Shown here: positions 19,019 through 42,829 of the stretch, piece after piece
Layout: each line of letters begins with the position of its first letter
Numbering within the stretch: position 1 is the stretch's first letter
Source: the human T2T-CHM13v2.0 reference genome, Homo sapiens
Assembly (NCBI RefSeq): GCF_009914755.1
Contig: NC_060931.1
Length of the DNA: 64,000 bases
Strand: one strand, 5' to 3'
Translations under genes and position numbers: made by a program
Notes under the pieces: model-generated
What the model was told of the DNA's origin: nothing
Databases searched by the model: none
What the model saw: only the letters and a program-made list of their open reading frames with translations

Positions 19019-20027
19019 TAAAAGAAAATGTGACTTTTTAACAAAGCAGTCCAGGAATACATTGTAGAGAAAAAAGATGACTGCTTAAAATATGGCTATG
19101 GTTAAAATGTTGTCTATATTAAGGAACCTTCGTGAGATCCCCGACATCATTGTGAACACAATCTTTTGTGATTATGTTACATGATTTTCATCTTTTTTTC
19201 AATTTATCTAAGTGCTTGGCCATAAAGACACAACTGACCACACTTAACCCCTCTTGAAGACATTTTTAAATCTCTAAATGAACACTAACTCCAACATATC
19301 TATCTTGTTTTTACCACAAGCATTTTGAAAAAGCAGAGTAGGCCAGGTGCAGTGGCTCATGCCTGTAATCCCAGCACTTTGGGGGGCCAAGGTGGGTGGA
19401 TCAGCTCAGGTCAGGAGTTCAAGACCAGCCTGGACAACATGGTGAAACCCCGACTCTATTAAAAATACAAAAATTAGCTGGGCATGGTGGCAGGTGCCTA
19501 TAATCCCAGCTACTCAGGAGGCTGAGGCAGGAGAATCACTTGAACAATCTGGGAGGCAGAGTTTGCAGTGAGCCAAGATCTCACCATCGCACTCCAGCCT
19601 GGGTGACAGAGCAAGACTCTGTCTCAAAATAAAAATTAAACAAAAAAAAAGAAAGGAAAAGAAACATCTGATGAATGGGGAAAATCTATATGTATTCTTA
19701 AAAAAAAATGCTTTCCAGGGCTGGGTGCGGTGGCTCACGCCTGTAATCCCAGCACTTTGGGAGGCTGAAGTAGGTGGATAACCTGAGTTTAGGAGTTCAA
19801 GACCAAACTGACCAACATGGAGAAATCCTGTCTCTACTAAAAATACAAAATTAGCCGGGCATGGTGGCACATGCCTGTAATCCCAGCTACTAGGGAAGGC
19901 TGAGGCAAGAGAATCACTTGAACCTGGGAGGTGGATGTTGTGGTGAACCAAGATTGCACCATTGCACTCCAGCCTAGGCAAAAAGAGTGAAACTCCATCT
20001 CAAAAGAAAAAGAAAAAAAGTTTTTCA

Positions 20028-20361
20028 AATTTTTGCATTTCTGACAACTGGATGTCCCCACCTGCCAACCAGTCCTGTGGCCCCCACTCAGGAACTGACT
20101 CAGCCCAAGAGGACAGCTTTAATTCTCTGTGATTTCATCTCCTGCACCCAACCAATCAGCAGGCCCCCTATCCTAGCCCCTTGCCCACAACACTATCTTG
20201 GAAAAATCCCTAATCTCCAAGATGTTAGCAAGATTGATGTGAGTAATAACTCCATCTCCCACGTGGCATAGCTGGCTTCGCATCAATGAAACTCTTTAAT
20301 GCCATGGTCTTCAGTGGATTTTGTTTGTGTGGTAGTCAGGAAGAACCCCTTGGGCCATTAC
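20028..20361 (+). mobile_element. ERV1-class LTR 3' fragment (LTR8/LTR47-like)
   Basis: ccactcaggaactgactcagc...caaccaatcagc...gagtaataactccatctccc...ggaagaaccccttgggccattaca, with a CA end. Confidence 0.65.
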
Positions 20362-20379
20362 AAACATGGGGATATTGTA

Positions 20380-21200
20380 GAGGACCATTTTAGAGACCAC
20401 ATCCTATTGAGTGCCATGAATACAGAAAAAATCGTGATTCTATTTACATGTTTTAGAAGTGAGAGAAACTCCAAATATGATATGGTCAGGTTGTGCAACA
20501 GAATTCAGAATTTATTCAATATTACAGTGTTTATATCACAGAGAACATCTTTGTCATTTATACAGGCAATTTTCCCTGGGGCTCACATGCTATTGAACAC
20601 TGTAACATTTATTTTGGAGAGAATCCGTGGAGATGGGGGAGGCATCGTCAACATTCCAATGCAGCATCAGCTAATTCACATGCAACAAAGAGTCTATCAA
20701 TGCAGAAATGTGCAAGAGCTTTTGGAAAAGTATAGCTCATTCAACATCAGAGAATTCACAATGGAGGAAAATCGTATGTGTGTAATGGACGTAAAAATGC
20801 TTGAGATGGTGCCCAGAGCTAATCAGATATCTGGGATTTTGTAGCAGAGAGGGGCCTTGTGAGTATAATGGATGAGGAAGAACCTTCAATCAGAGTTCCA
20901 TACTTAGACAATATCAGCTAATTCAGGTGGGACTTAAAATGGTCATACGTAATGAAGACGGAAAACTCGGGGAAGCATGGGGAATACGGAATGTGAGATC
21001 ATCCACACTGGAGAGAAGTCTTAGGAGTACAATGAGTGTGGAAAATCACTTGGGGACAAGCTTAGCTTTCTCATCATTGGAGAATTCACACAAAAAAAGG
21101 AATGAGCTTGGACGGATCATGGGAGAACTTCCAGGCACCAATCAGGCTAATTCATCCCGGAGAAAAACCCTGATGATAAAGAAGGGGAAAAAGTCTTCCA
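20380..21200 (+). pseudogene. Highly decayed C2H2 zinc-finger array remnant
   Basis: Repeated linker and finger relics in shifting frames with stops: catcagagaattcacaatggaggaaaatcgtatgtgtgtaat (HQRIHNGGKSYVCN), atccacactggagagaagtcttaggagtacaatgagtgtggaaaa (IHTGEKS*EYNECGK), catcagctaattcac (HQLIH). Confidence 0.8.
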
Positions 21201-21801
21201 GTTTTTTCCTTATTGGATTTCAGAGAATCCTCAGTGACATATAGGGAAACTTGCTGGAGGAATTCAGGGTTTATTAAGATTCACATTAAAGCATTAATCC
21301 CATTAAAGTAGGAGTTTAAACTTTTTTGCTTCTTTCACCCCAATCAGAGTTTTCATTCCTTATGTCTCTGTTGAGGGAATGAAGCAACAGGCAAAAATCA
21401 GTGGTGCACTGGCTTTGCCTTTCAAAACATCACACAATATGTGGGGTGCAGAAGGACAGCATTGAGAGGTGCTGGGTTTGGTACCAGAATCTGGCAGTTG
21501 CAAATTCTAATATCATCACAACACACTCATAGGTGGGCCCCATATATCTGATGAACTTCCAGGGCCACATCTCTACAAATGCTGAAGATTATTTGTAGAT
21601 GGGAAAATGCGGCTGGGGGTGCTTTTTCTCCAGGTCTGAGAAAATGAAATAGTGGGTATTTCTAAGATACATTAGGAGGATGCCAGTTTCTCTTTGTTTC
21701 ATATTTTCAAAAACAGAGATTTAAAGAGGACGGGCTAGAGCTCTTATGTTCAGTTTCTTATCCCATAAGGGAAGAATCAGGCGTATTTCTTGTGTTGAAG
21801 C

Positions 21802-21803
<2 letters not shown>

Positions 21804-21837
<34 letters not shown>
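21804..21837. repeat. (CA)n microsatellite
   Basis: Directly visible. Confidence 0.95.
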
Positions 21838-21840
<3 letters not shown>

Positions 21841-21978
21841 GTTTGGCAAAAGTCAGACCAGAAGAAAGCTTCTCTCCTACCAACCTCATTCCTTGGCCTT
21901 GAACCAGCATTCTAAGTCTTCCAATACATCCTTGTCTCTCCCTACAGTAACTCTCCCATTGAGTTCTGTTTTTGTTAG

Positions 21979-22200
<222 letters not shown>

Positions 22201-22397
22201 TGATCCACCCACCTCGGCCTCCCAAAGTGCTGGTATTACAGGCGTGAGCCATCATGCCCGGCCCATTGAGTTCTTAATAGAAGTGAGTTAGGTTTTGTAG
22301 ATTTTTGGCTCCTAGCTTTGCTTAGAGAAGCCAGAAAGAGGCGCAGTGGCTCACACCTAGAATCCCAGCACTTTGGGAGGCCAAGGCAGGCAGATCA

Positions 22398-22724
<327 letters not shown>

Positions 22725-24052
22725 CTATGCACATAGAGAATGGCAACTGAGGACACCTTATTCCTGAGAACTAAGGTGGCACTAAGGTTGATGGCTAGAG
22801 AGTAACTGAAAGACCTAGTTCCCACTAGGCCAGTTTAGTTCCAGTTGCCATCAACTTTTTCCAGTTAGTTCCCTTGCTCACACTCAAAATCTCAGGCATT
22901 AAAGCCCCACTGAGTTACCACAATTCATCGAGTCCTGTTTTAGAAGATGTCTAAGGCCGGGCAAGGTAGCTGATGCCTGTAATCCTAGCACTTTGGGAGG
23001 CCAAGGTGGGTGGATCATGAGGTCAGGAGATGGAGACCATCCTGGCCAACATGGTGAAACCCTGTCTCTACTAAGAATACAAAAAAAAAAAAAGTTAGCT
23101 GGGCATGGTGGCACTTGCCTGTAATCTCAGCTACTTGGGACCCTGAGGCAAGAGGATTGCTTGAACCAGGGAGTCAGAGGTTGCAATGAGCCGAGATCGC
23201 ACCACTGCACTCCAGTCTGGCAACAGAGCAACTCAGTCTCAAAATAAAAAAAGAAGATGTCTGGAACTTGCATGAATATCTCTTTCTTTCCTTGTCTATG
23301 TCCCCTAGGCCTTGGGGTTAGGACTCTGAGCTGGGATTCCTCTGTAGGCTAAGACCAATCCTGATTCTTATTCCCTCCATATGAGCAATAATTTGATTTC
23401 TAATGTCTAAACTTAGGTTGATTTTCCATTGGGAGTTACAGCAACAGTCACGGGGTTCTGAGAAGGGGCGAGGGATGCTTTAGGCTGCAGGTAGCAGAAA
23501 TCTGCCTAGAAAATAAAGACACATGACTTACAGATCAGTAAGACTGGAAGTGGGGGTTCCAGGATAGATATGGTGGCTCAACACTGTCATGGAGGACATA
23601 GGCTCTGCCATCCTCAGTATGTGGGCTTTTCCCCTTGGTCTTGTTGCCTTGTGGTCTCAAGATGGTCCCAGCCATCTCCCCATATGTTTTTGTTTTGTTG
23701 TTGTTGTTGTTGAGACAGAGTCTCTCCCTATCACCCAGGCTGGAGTGCAGTAGCATGATCTCGGCTCACTGTAACCTCCGCTTACAGGTTCAAGCGATTC
23801 TCCTGCCTCATCCTCCGAAGTAGCTGGGATTACAGGCATGTGCCACGACATCCAGCTAATTTTGCATATTTAATAGAGACCAGGTTTCACTGTGTTAGCC
23901 AGGCTGGTCTCAAACTCCCAACCTCAGGTGATCCACCCACCTCGGCCTCCCAAAGTGCTGGGATTACAGGCATGAGCCACCGTGCCTGGCTCTCTCATTC
24001 TCTTTAGAATGGCCTTTGCTACCCCCATGGGGATGCCTAGCTTCTCCAATAG

Positions 24053-24286
<234 letters not shown>

Positions 24287-24289
24287 TAA

Positions 24290-24945
<656 letters not shown>

Positions 24946-25150
24946 TAAGCAGACGGAGAGGCAGCTGGCCAGGGAACTCCCTTTCCTTCTCTCCTGAATG
25001 CTCAATGACCTGCTGACAAGTTCGGCAAGTCAAAGTTCAGCAGTGTGGAAGACTTGGCTTTCTAGGAAATGCAGTTCTCACAGGCAGCACCAACACTAAG
25101 AACTAGTTCTTACTATCTGTATCAAGATACCAACAATTTTAACTTACTAG

Positions 25151-25360
<210 letters not shown>

Positions 25361-25654
25361 TAGTGTCCAACTCCTGACCTCAGGTGATCTGCCTGCCTCG
25401 GCCTCCCAAAGTGCTGGGATTACAGGTGTGAGCCACCGTGCCTGGCTAGTAACTTTTAAAGTTAGAAGAGAGCTCCAAGGCTATATAAAACTCTGGATTT
25501 GGCTGGGCGCAGTGGGTCACGCCTGTAATCCCAGCACTTTGGGAGGCCGAGGCAGGTGGATCATGAGGTAAGGAGTTTGAGACCAGCCTGGTCAACCTGG
25601 TGAAACCCTGTCTCCACTAAAAATACAAAAATTAGCCGGGCATGGTGGCACTCA

Positions 25655-26047
<393 letters not shown>

Positions 26048-27252
26048 TCATTCAACAGATACTGAGTGCATACCTACTACAAGCCAGATGCTAAGCTGGG
26101 CACTGTGGACACAGAGACAGGCCTAAGGCATAGCCTTGCTTTCAGAGAGCCCCAAGTTCACATCGACGGTGGTCCCTGAGCTGGTCATACTTAACTAGGA
26201 CTGTGAATGCACAGCTCTGCAGCAATGGTGACTTCTATTTTTTTTTTTTTTGAGAGCATTCTTTCTCTGTTACCCAGGCTGGAGTGCAGTAGAATGCTCT
26301 CAGCTCACTGCAATCTCCACCTCCCGGGTTCAAGCGATTCTAGTGCCTCAGTCTCCTGAGTAGCTGGGATTACAGGTGTGCACCACCATGCCTGGCTATT
26401 TTTTTGTATTTTTAATGGAGATGGGGTTTCACCATGTTGGCCAGGCTGGTCTTGAACTCCTGACCTCAGGTGATCTGCCCAACTTGGCCTCCCAAAGTGC
26501 TGGGATTGCAGGTGTAAGCTACCACTGCACCTGGCCAACAACACTGACTTCTTGCTTGTTCCTTGCCTTTCCATCCCCAAAATCGTTCCCAGGGCCTAGT
26601 GTAATGCAGGGCAACTAGCAACACCTCTCAGGCAGAGCTGAAGCTGTGGAGACCAAGCATCAACCACCTTGGCTAATGCGGCTGGCCTGCCTGGGGCTGG
26701 AGGTTGGGAGGGGAGGAAGAGGTGGCAGTAAGTATAAGATCACCTTCCTCCCTGTGTGACCTTCAAGGGGCAACCACCCTGAAGAAGGCGGGCTACATCT
26801 TCAGTGGAAGGTAAATGACCTGAACCACAAACCCATCTGCCTAGATGACATCATCACAGTTATAAGCAGTCTGCCTGTCCACACAGTCCGCCAAGCCACC
26901 CTGAGTGTCTCAGGGTTCAAAGGATTATTGGACCATCCAGAGGACAAGGAGTGGCCCCTCTTCAAAGATCTCTCAGTCTGCTTGGGAAGAAAAAGTCATC
27001 AAAAGATAATGAAGGGCTAAGTGTGGCATGAGTGTTAAACGGGTTTCACAGGCAGTGCATTCTCATGAAGGGAAGTAGGGGAGCAGGGCTCCAGGCTCAC
27101 AGCATCCCAGGAAGGCTTCAGGGAACAGGTGGGCTTTGGGCCAGGCTTAAAGGATGGGCAGAATGCGGAGTGGCAGGGGTGGGCACCCCACTGCATTCCA
27201 GGGGGTGCTGACCATCAGCAATGACATGGCACTCAGAATAGAGTTTGGGCTA

Positions 27253-27531
<279 letters not shown>

Positions 27532-27599
27532 TCAAAAAAAAAAAAAAAAGGTACCACTTTGGGGAAATTGCAGACTCTAAGCCTAAACTCTACTGGCCT

Positions 27600-27900
27600 G
27601 ATACACATGGCAAAACACTTGGTCAGGATTTGCAGTAGAATATCAAAGAACTCACAGGGCAGAGGAAAGCTTCAAATATTATGAATGAGGGAAAATTTCC
27701 ATTCATCTCATAATTCATACTAGAGAGACTCCCAGTGAATGGCACCAGTGGAGGAAAATCCTCAGACGGAGGCGAGCTGTTATTGGAGATGCGAAAATCA
27801 CAGGGGAGGACAAAGCACAGAAGCGTGTGGAACCTTGTCACAGCCTGCACCTGAAAGCGTCACATGGGAGAGAACTTGCATCCTCAATGAATGGCGTTCC
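27600..27900 (+). pseudogene. Second, even more decayed zinc-finger-like remnant
   Basis: caaagaactcacagggcagaggaaagcttcaaatattatgaatgagggaaa (QRTHRAEESFKYYE*GK) and ataattcatactagagagactccc (IIHTRETP) resemble HTGEKP linkers. Confidence 0.45.
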
Positions 27901-28678
27901 AAAAAAGTGCAACTGCATCAAGCATCAGACAAGCCATTCTGAGCTCAGTCTTTGCAATGTAATGAATTGGGGGTGGTAATCATTTTAGAAGAAATCAGCC
28001 CTTACTCATCAGCCAATGGTTCCAACTGGAGAGAAGGCAGGTGCTCGTCATGGATGATGAAGCTCTCGGGATGCTCCAATCACATATAACAAAGGAGGCT
28101 GCAGAAGGGGCCTGAGGAGGGCTGTCGGGGGGGCCTAAGGGTACACGTGACATAAAACGTTCACAGGAGGAAAACATTTCAGATGAAAGGGGAAAACTTA
28201 GAAAGTGATTTCGGGCCGGGCACAGTGGCTTGCACCTGTAATCCCAGCACTATGGGAGGCTGAGGTGGGGCAGGGGGAGGGGAATCACTTGAGGCCAGGA
28301 GTTCAAGACAAACCTTAGCAACATAGCAAGACTCCATCTCTACCAAAAATAAAAAATAATAAAAAATTTTTAAAAGCTTTTTTTGGAACTTGTCCTCTTA
28401 GAACCAGGAATGGCTGTGGGGAACGCAGATACCCTTCACAGGAGTTTGCTCAGAGGACACAATTGTGCACGTGTGATCCTTGGGGTGACTTGCAGGGATG
28501 CCCTTATGCCATGCACAAGAATCCAGCCCAGCAGTTCTCAAAGTTTCCTTTTCCCACAGAGCTATACATTTTCTTTATCTTCCCTCCTCCTTCCTCTTTG
28601 TCCTTTGGTAAAGTCCAATGTCAATTTTTCTGTTCCTTGTCGTTGCCTTGGGAGGGTGTCCTGGCACCTGTGTGTTCA

Positions 28679-29163
<485 letters not shown>

Positions 29164-29467
29164 TCACAAAAAAAAAAAAAAAAAAAAAAAAAGGAGGCTG
29201 GTGGCCACTGGGGAACATGCCCCCAGGGGATACTGTGATGGCTGCTTCATTCCTTCCTTCATTCTTTTCATATCTTTGGAGCATCTATTCCGTGCCTGGC
29301 ACTACTCTTTGTCAGGGGATAGAGGAAAGGGCAACCTTGGGGAGGACAGAGGTGGGTCAGGAAGTAGCGGCTGCTACTTGAGATTACAGGAGTGTGTGTG
29401 TGTCCCAAGGCTCCAGAGGTGAGGGAGCTTAGGCAGGGGCACTGGGAAAGAGGGAGGAAGACCCTGA

Positions 29468-29979
<512 letters not shown>

Positions 29980-30338
29980 TAAGCAAAGCTAGAGGTTTCA
30001 CCATGTTAGCCAGGCTGATCTCAAACTCTCAACCTCAGGTGATCTGCCCACTTCGGCCTCCCAAAGTGTTGGGATTACAGGCGTGAGCCACCCCACTCGG
30101 CAAATGGGATGGTGTGCTGCATGGGGTGGGAATCCCCATACGTTTTACCAGCACAGCTAAGTCACCCGCCCGCTATGCCCGGCTAATTTTTGTATTTTTA
30201 GTAGAGATGGGGTTTCACCATGTTAGCCAGGCTGGTCTCAAACCCCTGACCTGAGGTGATCCACCCGCCTTGGCCTCCCAAAGTGCTGGAATTACAGATG
30301 TGAGCCACCATGCCTGGCCTCTTTTTTTTATTTTTTAG

Positions 30339-30497
<159 letters not shown>

Positions 30498-31380
30498 TAG
30501 AGATGGGGGTCTTACTATGTTGCCCAGGCTGGCCTCAAACAATCCTCTTGCCTTGGCCTCCCAAAGTGCTGGGATTACAGGTGTGAGCCACTGCGCCCAG
30601 CCCAAATCCCATTTCTTTCCACCATCACAAGGAACAGAACTAGTCCTTCAGCAGCACTGTTCCTTGGGATGTGTCTGCAGAGGCTTGGGAGACAATGAGA
30701 GGCACCTGGTGAACAGGTAGGGAAGGGGATGGAAGGAAGTGCACTGGCTTTTGCAGACCCCTCTCAGGGAACAGGGAAGAACACACTCATTCATTCCTTC
30801 ATTCACACATTTAGTCAATTTTTTTTAGAGACAGGATCTCATTCTGCCAGCCTGGCTGGAGTGCAGTGGCACAATCATTGCTCACTGCACCCTTGAGCTC
30901 CTGGGTTCAAGCGACTATCCCACCTTGGCCTCCTGAGTAGCTGGGACTACAGGTGCACGCCACCACACTTGGCCAAGCTTTTAATATTTTGAAGAGATGG
31001 GGTCTCAGTATGCTGCCCAGGCTGGTCTCAAACTTTTGGTTTCAAGTGATCCTCCCACCTTGGCCTCCCAAATTGCTGAGATTACAGGTAAGAGCCACTG
31101 TACCTGGCCATATTTAGTAAAATCCTTACTGAGCCCTGTGGTGTGCAAAGCACGGTATCGAGGTGCTGGGCATATGTGTGCATGAGGCTGACACGTGCTC
31201 ACCCTCATGGAGCTCCCATCTGAGAAGGCAGGCAGACACTCCAGTGTGCTAAGTCGTGTGACGGGCTCATTGGGCCCAATGAGAAGCTCAGAGAATTACA
31301 CAGACTCACAGGGTGGAGGAAGACTTCTGGGAAGAGGTAACTGTTTATGAAATACTGGGAAGGCTGGGCGCAGTGGCTCA

Positions 31381-32806
<1,426 letters not shown>

Positions 32807-33018
32807 TCATTCTGAAAACCACAAGATATGGTCCAGGGGCCGAATCTACCTTGGGGACCCCAGATTTCCCACTTGGTTTTTAGAAAAATCTGATTAAGGC
32901 TGGGTGCAGTGGCTCACGTCTGTAATCCCAGCACTTTGGGAGGCCGAGGTGGGAGGATAATCTAAGGTCGGGAGGTCAAGACCAGCCTGACCAATATGGA
33001 GAAATTCCATCTCTACTA

Positions 33019-33177
<159 letters not shown>

Positions 33178-33251
33178 TCAAAAAACAAACAAACAAACAA
33201 ACAAAAACAAAGAGAAGGCAATGTGGGGACAGAGCAGAGACTGGATAAAGA

Positions 33252-33778
33252 GAGTACATGTGCAGGTTTGTTACATGAGTGTATCATGTGATGCTGAGGT
33301 TGGGGGTATGAATGATCCCATCACCCAGATAGTGAGCATAGTACCCAATAGGTGGCTTTTCTGCCCTTGCCTTCCCCCTCTGTTCCCTCTGCCCCCTCCA
33401 GTAGTACCTTGTGTCTGCTGTCCCCGTCTTTATGTCCATATGTACCCAATGTATGTCCATATGTCCCACTTGTAAGTAAGAACATGCAGCATTTGGTTTT
33501 CTGTTTCTATGTTAATTCTCTTAGGATCATGGCCTCTAGCTGCGTCCATGTTGCTGCAAAAGTCACATTCTTTTTTATGGCTGTGTAGTATTTTACAGTG
33601 TATATGTACCACATTTTCTTTATCCAGTCCACCATTGATGGGCATCTAAGTTGACTCCATGTCTTTACTATTGTGAACAGTGCTGTGATAAACATACAAG
33701 TGCATGTGCATTTTTGGTAAAATGATTTATTTTCTTTTGGGTCTATATCAAGTAATGAGATTGCTGGGTAAATGGTAA
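33252..33778 (-). mobile_element. L1 (L1PB/L1MA-like) ORF2 C-terminus and 3'UTR fragment
   Basis: Minus-strand translation CTCMFITALFTIVKTWSQLRCPSMVDWIKKMWYIYT is the L1 ORF2p C-terminal motif. Confidence 0.92.
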
Positions 33779-34034
33779 TCCTGGGCAGATTCCTTGAGGC
33801 CAGGAGTTTGTGACCAGCCTGGGCAACATGACAAAACCCCATCTCTACTAAAAATACAAAGAAATTAGCTGGGCATGGTGGCACATGCCTGTAGCCCCAG
33901 CTACTTGGGAGGCTTAGATGGGAGAATCACTTGAACCCAGGAGACAGAGGTTTCAGTGAGCTGAGATCACACCACTGCACTCCAGCCTGGGTGACAGGGC
34001 AGGACTTTGTCTCAAAAAACAAACAAACAAAAAG

Positions 34035-34800
34035 ACAATGTGAGAATGTTGAAAACTCAGAGAGAAGAGCAACTCTCACAGATAGGGATCCAGATAACAT
34101 TAGCAGCTGATTTCTTGGCAGAAACCTTGAAGGCCAGTAGGCAGTGGATTATATATTTAAAATAATGAAGAAACCTGTCAATTGAGAAATCTACAGCTGG
34201 AAAACTTATCCTTCAAAAATGAGGGAGAAATTAAGACATTTCCAGATTTTTTTTTTAAAACTGAAAAAAATCCATTTATCCCTGAATTTGCCATTCAAGA
34301 AATGTTAAGTCCTTCAAGTTGAAATAAATGAACTCTAGGCAATAACTATATAAGTAACTAAGCAAGCTGTATGAATATACAAAGCTCTCTGGTAAAGGTA
34401 AATACATAAACAAACATAAAAACAGTCCTATTGTAATTTTGGTTTGTAACTCTGCTTTTTTATTTTCTACATAATTTAAAAGGCAAATGCATAAAATGTA
34501 ATTGTAAATCTGTTAGCTGGTATACAATGAATAAAGATATAATTTGTTACATCAATAACATAAAAAGAGTAGAGCTATATATATAGCAGTATAATTTTGG
34601 TATGTGATTGAACTTAAGTTGAAATAAATTCAAATTAAAATGTTATAACTCTAGGATGTTATATATAATTCTCATAGTAACCAAAAATGAAATATACATA
34701 GAATATAAACAAAAGGAAATGAGACTAGAAACAAAATGTGTCACTACAAAAAAATCAACTAAAGATAAAAAAGAAATAAATAATTGAGAAAATGATTGGC
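34035..34800 (+). mobile_element. Old L1M fragment (ORF1/inter-ORF region)
   Basis: A-rich, with gctgatttcttggcagaaaccttgaaggccag and aaaacttatccttcaaaaatgagggagaaattaagacattt, typical of L1 ORF1. Confidence 0.7.
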
Positions 34801-35513
34801 AAAAATCAGTAACTCTGACGTATTAAAACTTTCCATGCTACATAAATCTGAAAACTCTATTTCACATAAAACTGGAGCTGAAAGAGACAAATATTTACCT
34901 ATAAAGTTAAAAGTTATATAGGGAACAAACACTAATATTTTTTTAGAAAAAATTATAAAAAGAGTAAAAATATGCCTTATACTATCATAATTTCATGTTT
35001 TACAGCTCTGGGAAAATAGAAAATAAAATGTTCTGTTAGCATGACTCCTTCTGTGCCCCCAAAAAACCCTATGGATTGCATCATTATTACCTAAAAAGTC
35101 TATTCTCAAATTCAGCAGAGTGATATTTTTTACAAGGTAGATATTAATTTTAGATATGGAATAATATTGGTGATTTCAATTTTATAACATTGGGTTAAGA
35201 TGAAAGAATGAGAAGATAAAGGTCCCTCAGCAATATAACTCACAAACATGTTCAGAAGCAGTAAGAAGTTACATTAATTATCTTTTGAAAGTCAATAATC
35301 TACATCTTTAATGTATGCATATAGCATAGCTAATGTTCTATCACTGGGTCCATTTATTCAATGAATAATTGCTGCTATGTGTCAGACATTTTTCTAGGCC
35401 TAGGAATGGATACATAAGTGAACAAAGCAAAGATTCTGGTTCTTGTAGAGTTTCCATTAAAACACCATTTAGTAAAACTTTTCTTCCCCCAAATTATAAA
35501 ATCTGTAAGATGA

Positions 35514-35897
<384 letters not shown>

Positions 35898-36422
35898 TAA
35901 GACATAATATTATAATTCAAATGCAACTCATGGCTTCTCACTGTACTCGTTCTCTAGCTTTTGAATTATTTATTCTAATATCAGTTTTAATTCTGACACA
36001 AAAGCATGGGAGTTCTAATCAAAATCCAACATTTTATCATAAAATTTATGAAGAAATTATGAGTAGAATTTAAAAAGGAAAATAGGCCTATTAATTAGAT
36101 TTGTCTTTGTGGCATTTAACTCTATAATAAATAACATAATATTTTATGCCTATGAGTCCCCAACAAAGCCTCCAGCTTCTATTTAGATATAAAATGTAAA
36201 AGTCATTACTGGATCCACAAGCAAGACTATGGTAAAGAAATTTCTCCACCTAACCAGCTCCTTTTACATGATGTTACATGTTTCTTTTGTTTTTTCATTT
36301 TGGCAAATATTGATTGTCATCTTCGTGTTTGTCTATGTCCTAAGTGCTGGGATACAGAATCTGAAAAGATGGACACAGGACCTGCCTTCAAGGAGTTCAC
36401 CCTTTTTTTTTTTTCTTTTTGA

Positions 36423-36737
<315 letters not shown>

Positions 36738-36849
36738 TAAGCAAGCCAATTTTTAAAATGACAACTGCAATTAGAGTTAAATGCTACAAAGACAATCTCA
36801 CAGGAAGATGGGATGTAGAATGATAAGGCTTTCAGAATAGTAAGAGAAA

Positions 36850-37032
36850 CTATTGCTTCTTACGATGTCTGTCTTTCTTTGTATCAGTGCTCAGCTGAGT
36901 CTGCAGTGCTTCAGAGGCAGATTTCATTTTATAAAAATCTATGATTTCTCCTTCCAGTTGTTTTTTCTCTTCCTCGAGCTCCCTTATCTCCTCCTGTTGA
37001 ATCATTTTAAGATGCTCGAACTTGTCCTGCAG
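36850..37032 (-). pseudogene. SEPTIN14P: SEPT14 (septin 14) unprocessed pseudogene fragment: coding part of the last exon, with 3'UTR extending to lower coordinates
   Basis: Translation [60 protein letters not shown] matches the SEPT14 coiled-coil C-terminus. Preceded by an acceptor ttggtttcacAG|CTGCAG at 37033/37032. No upstream septin exons seen. Confidence 0.9.
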
Positions 37033-38159
37033 CTGTGAAACCAATGTGCAGTTGTGACACCAAAGCACAGTGTGGTTGAACACCCAAAAGAATATGCTTT
37101 TTTTCTGATTATCAAACAAACCCAAATCATCACAGTAGAGCATGATCTTAATAACAATCTCAAAAACTCAGGAGTAAACACTCAGATATGGAACTTTTCT
37201 TTTCTTTTTTTCCTTTTATAAGATGGAGTCTCACTCTGTTGCCCAGGCTGGAGTGCACTGGTGTGATCTCGGCTCACTGCAACCTCCATCTCCCAGTTCA
37301 AGTGATTCTCCTGCCTCAGCCTCTTGAGTAGCTGGGACTACAGGCATGCACCACCACTACAGGCATGTGCCACCACACCTGGCTAATTTTTGTATTTTTA
37401 GTAGAGATGGGGTTTTGCCATGTTGGCCAGGCTGCTCTCAAAATCCTGACCTCAGGTGATCCTCCCGCTTTGGCCTCCCAAAGACTTTTTTTTTTTTTTT
37501 TAATATAGAGACAAGGTCTCAGTATGTTGCCCAGGCTGGTCTCAAACTCCTGAGCTCAAGTGATCCTCCCACCTCAGCTTCCCAAAGTGCTGGGACTGAC
37601 TGGATGCAGTGGCTCATGCTTGTAAACTCAGCACTTTGGGAGGCCAAGGTGGGAGGATCGCTTGAGCCCAGGAGTTCAAGACCAGACTGGGTGATATAAC
37701 ACAACAGTAAACTTCAACAGGAGAGAGAATCTGTAAGCTTGAATATAGATCTTCTGAAATTATCTAGTCAGAGGACAAAAAAAAAAAAAAAGAATAAAAA
37801 AGAGAAAAGAAGGCTGGGCGTGGTGGCTCAAGCCTGTAATCTCAACACTTTGGGAGGCCAAGGCAGGCAGATTAAGAGGTCAGGAGTTCAAGACCAGCCT
37901 GGTCAACACGACAAAACCCCATCTCTACAAAAAATACAAAAATTAGCCGGGTGTGGTGGCACACACCTTTAGTCCCAGCTACCTGGGAGGCTGAGGCAGG
38001 AGAATCACTTGAACCCAGGAGGCGGAGGTTGGAGTGCAATGTGAGCCGAGACCACACATTGCACTACAGCCTGGGTGACAGAGCACGACTCTGTCTCAAA
38101 AAAAAAAAAAAAAAAAAAAAAAGAAAGAAAGAAAAAAAAAAGAGAAAGAGAAAAGAAAG

Positions 38160-38723
<564 letters not shown>

Positions 38724-38834
38724 TTAGCCAGTTATGAAGGCCACTGAGATCATGCCACTGCACTCCAGCCTGGGTGACAAAAGTCCAACTACATTTCAAA
38801 AACAAAAAACAAAACAACAAAAAAAAAACAAAAC

Positions 38835-42696
<3,862 letters not shown>

Positions 42697-42829
42697 TCGA
42701 ACTTGGTGCAGAAACTCACTCCAAATAAATTACCTTCGAAAATATTTACATAATGGTAGAAATATTCCAAAATTCCATATTTTGGGATTTATACACAAAA
42801 GATAAACAAATTAGAGGCCAAGAGGCTGC

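Noticed and set aside
20299-20844. 181-aa ORF as a real gene
   Set aside because: Starts inside an LTR fragment and runs mostly out of frame through a decayed zinc-finger remnant, with no intact C2H2 finger
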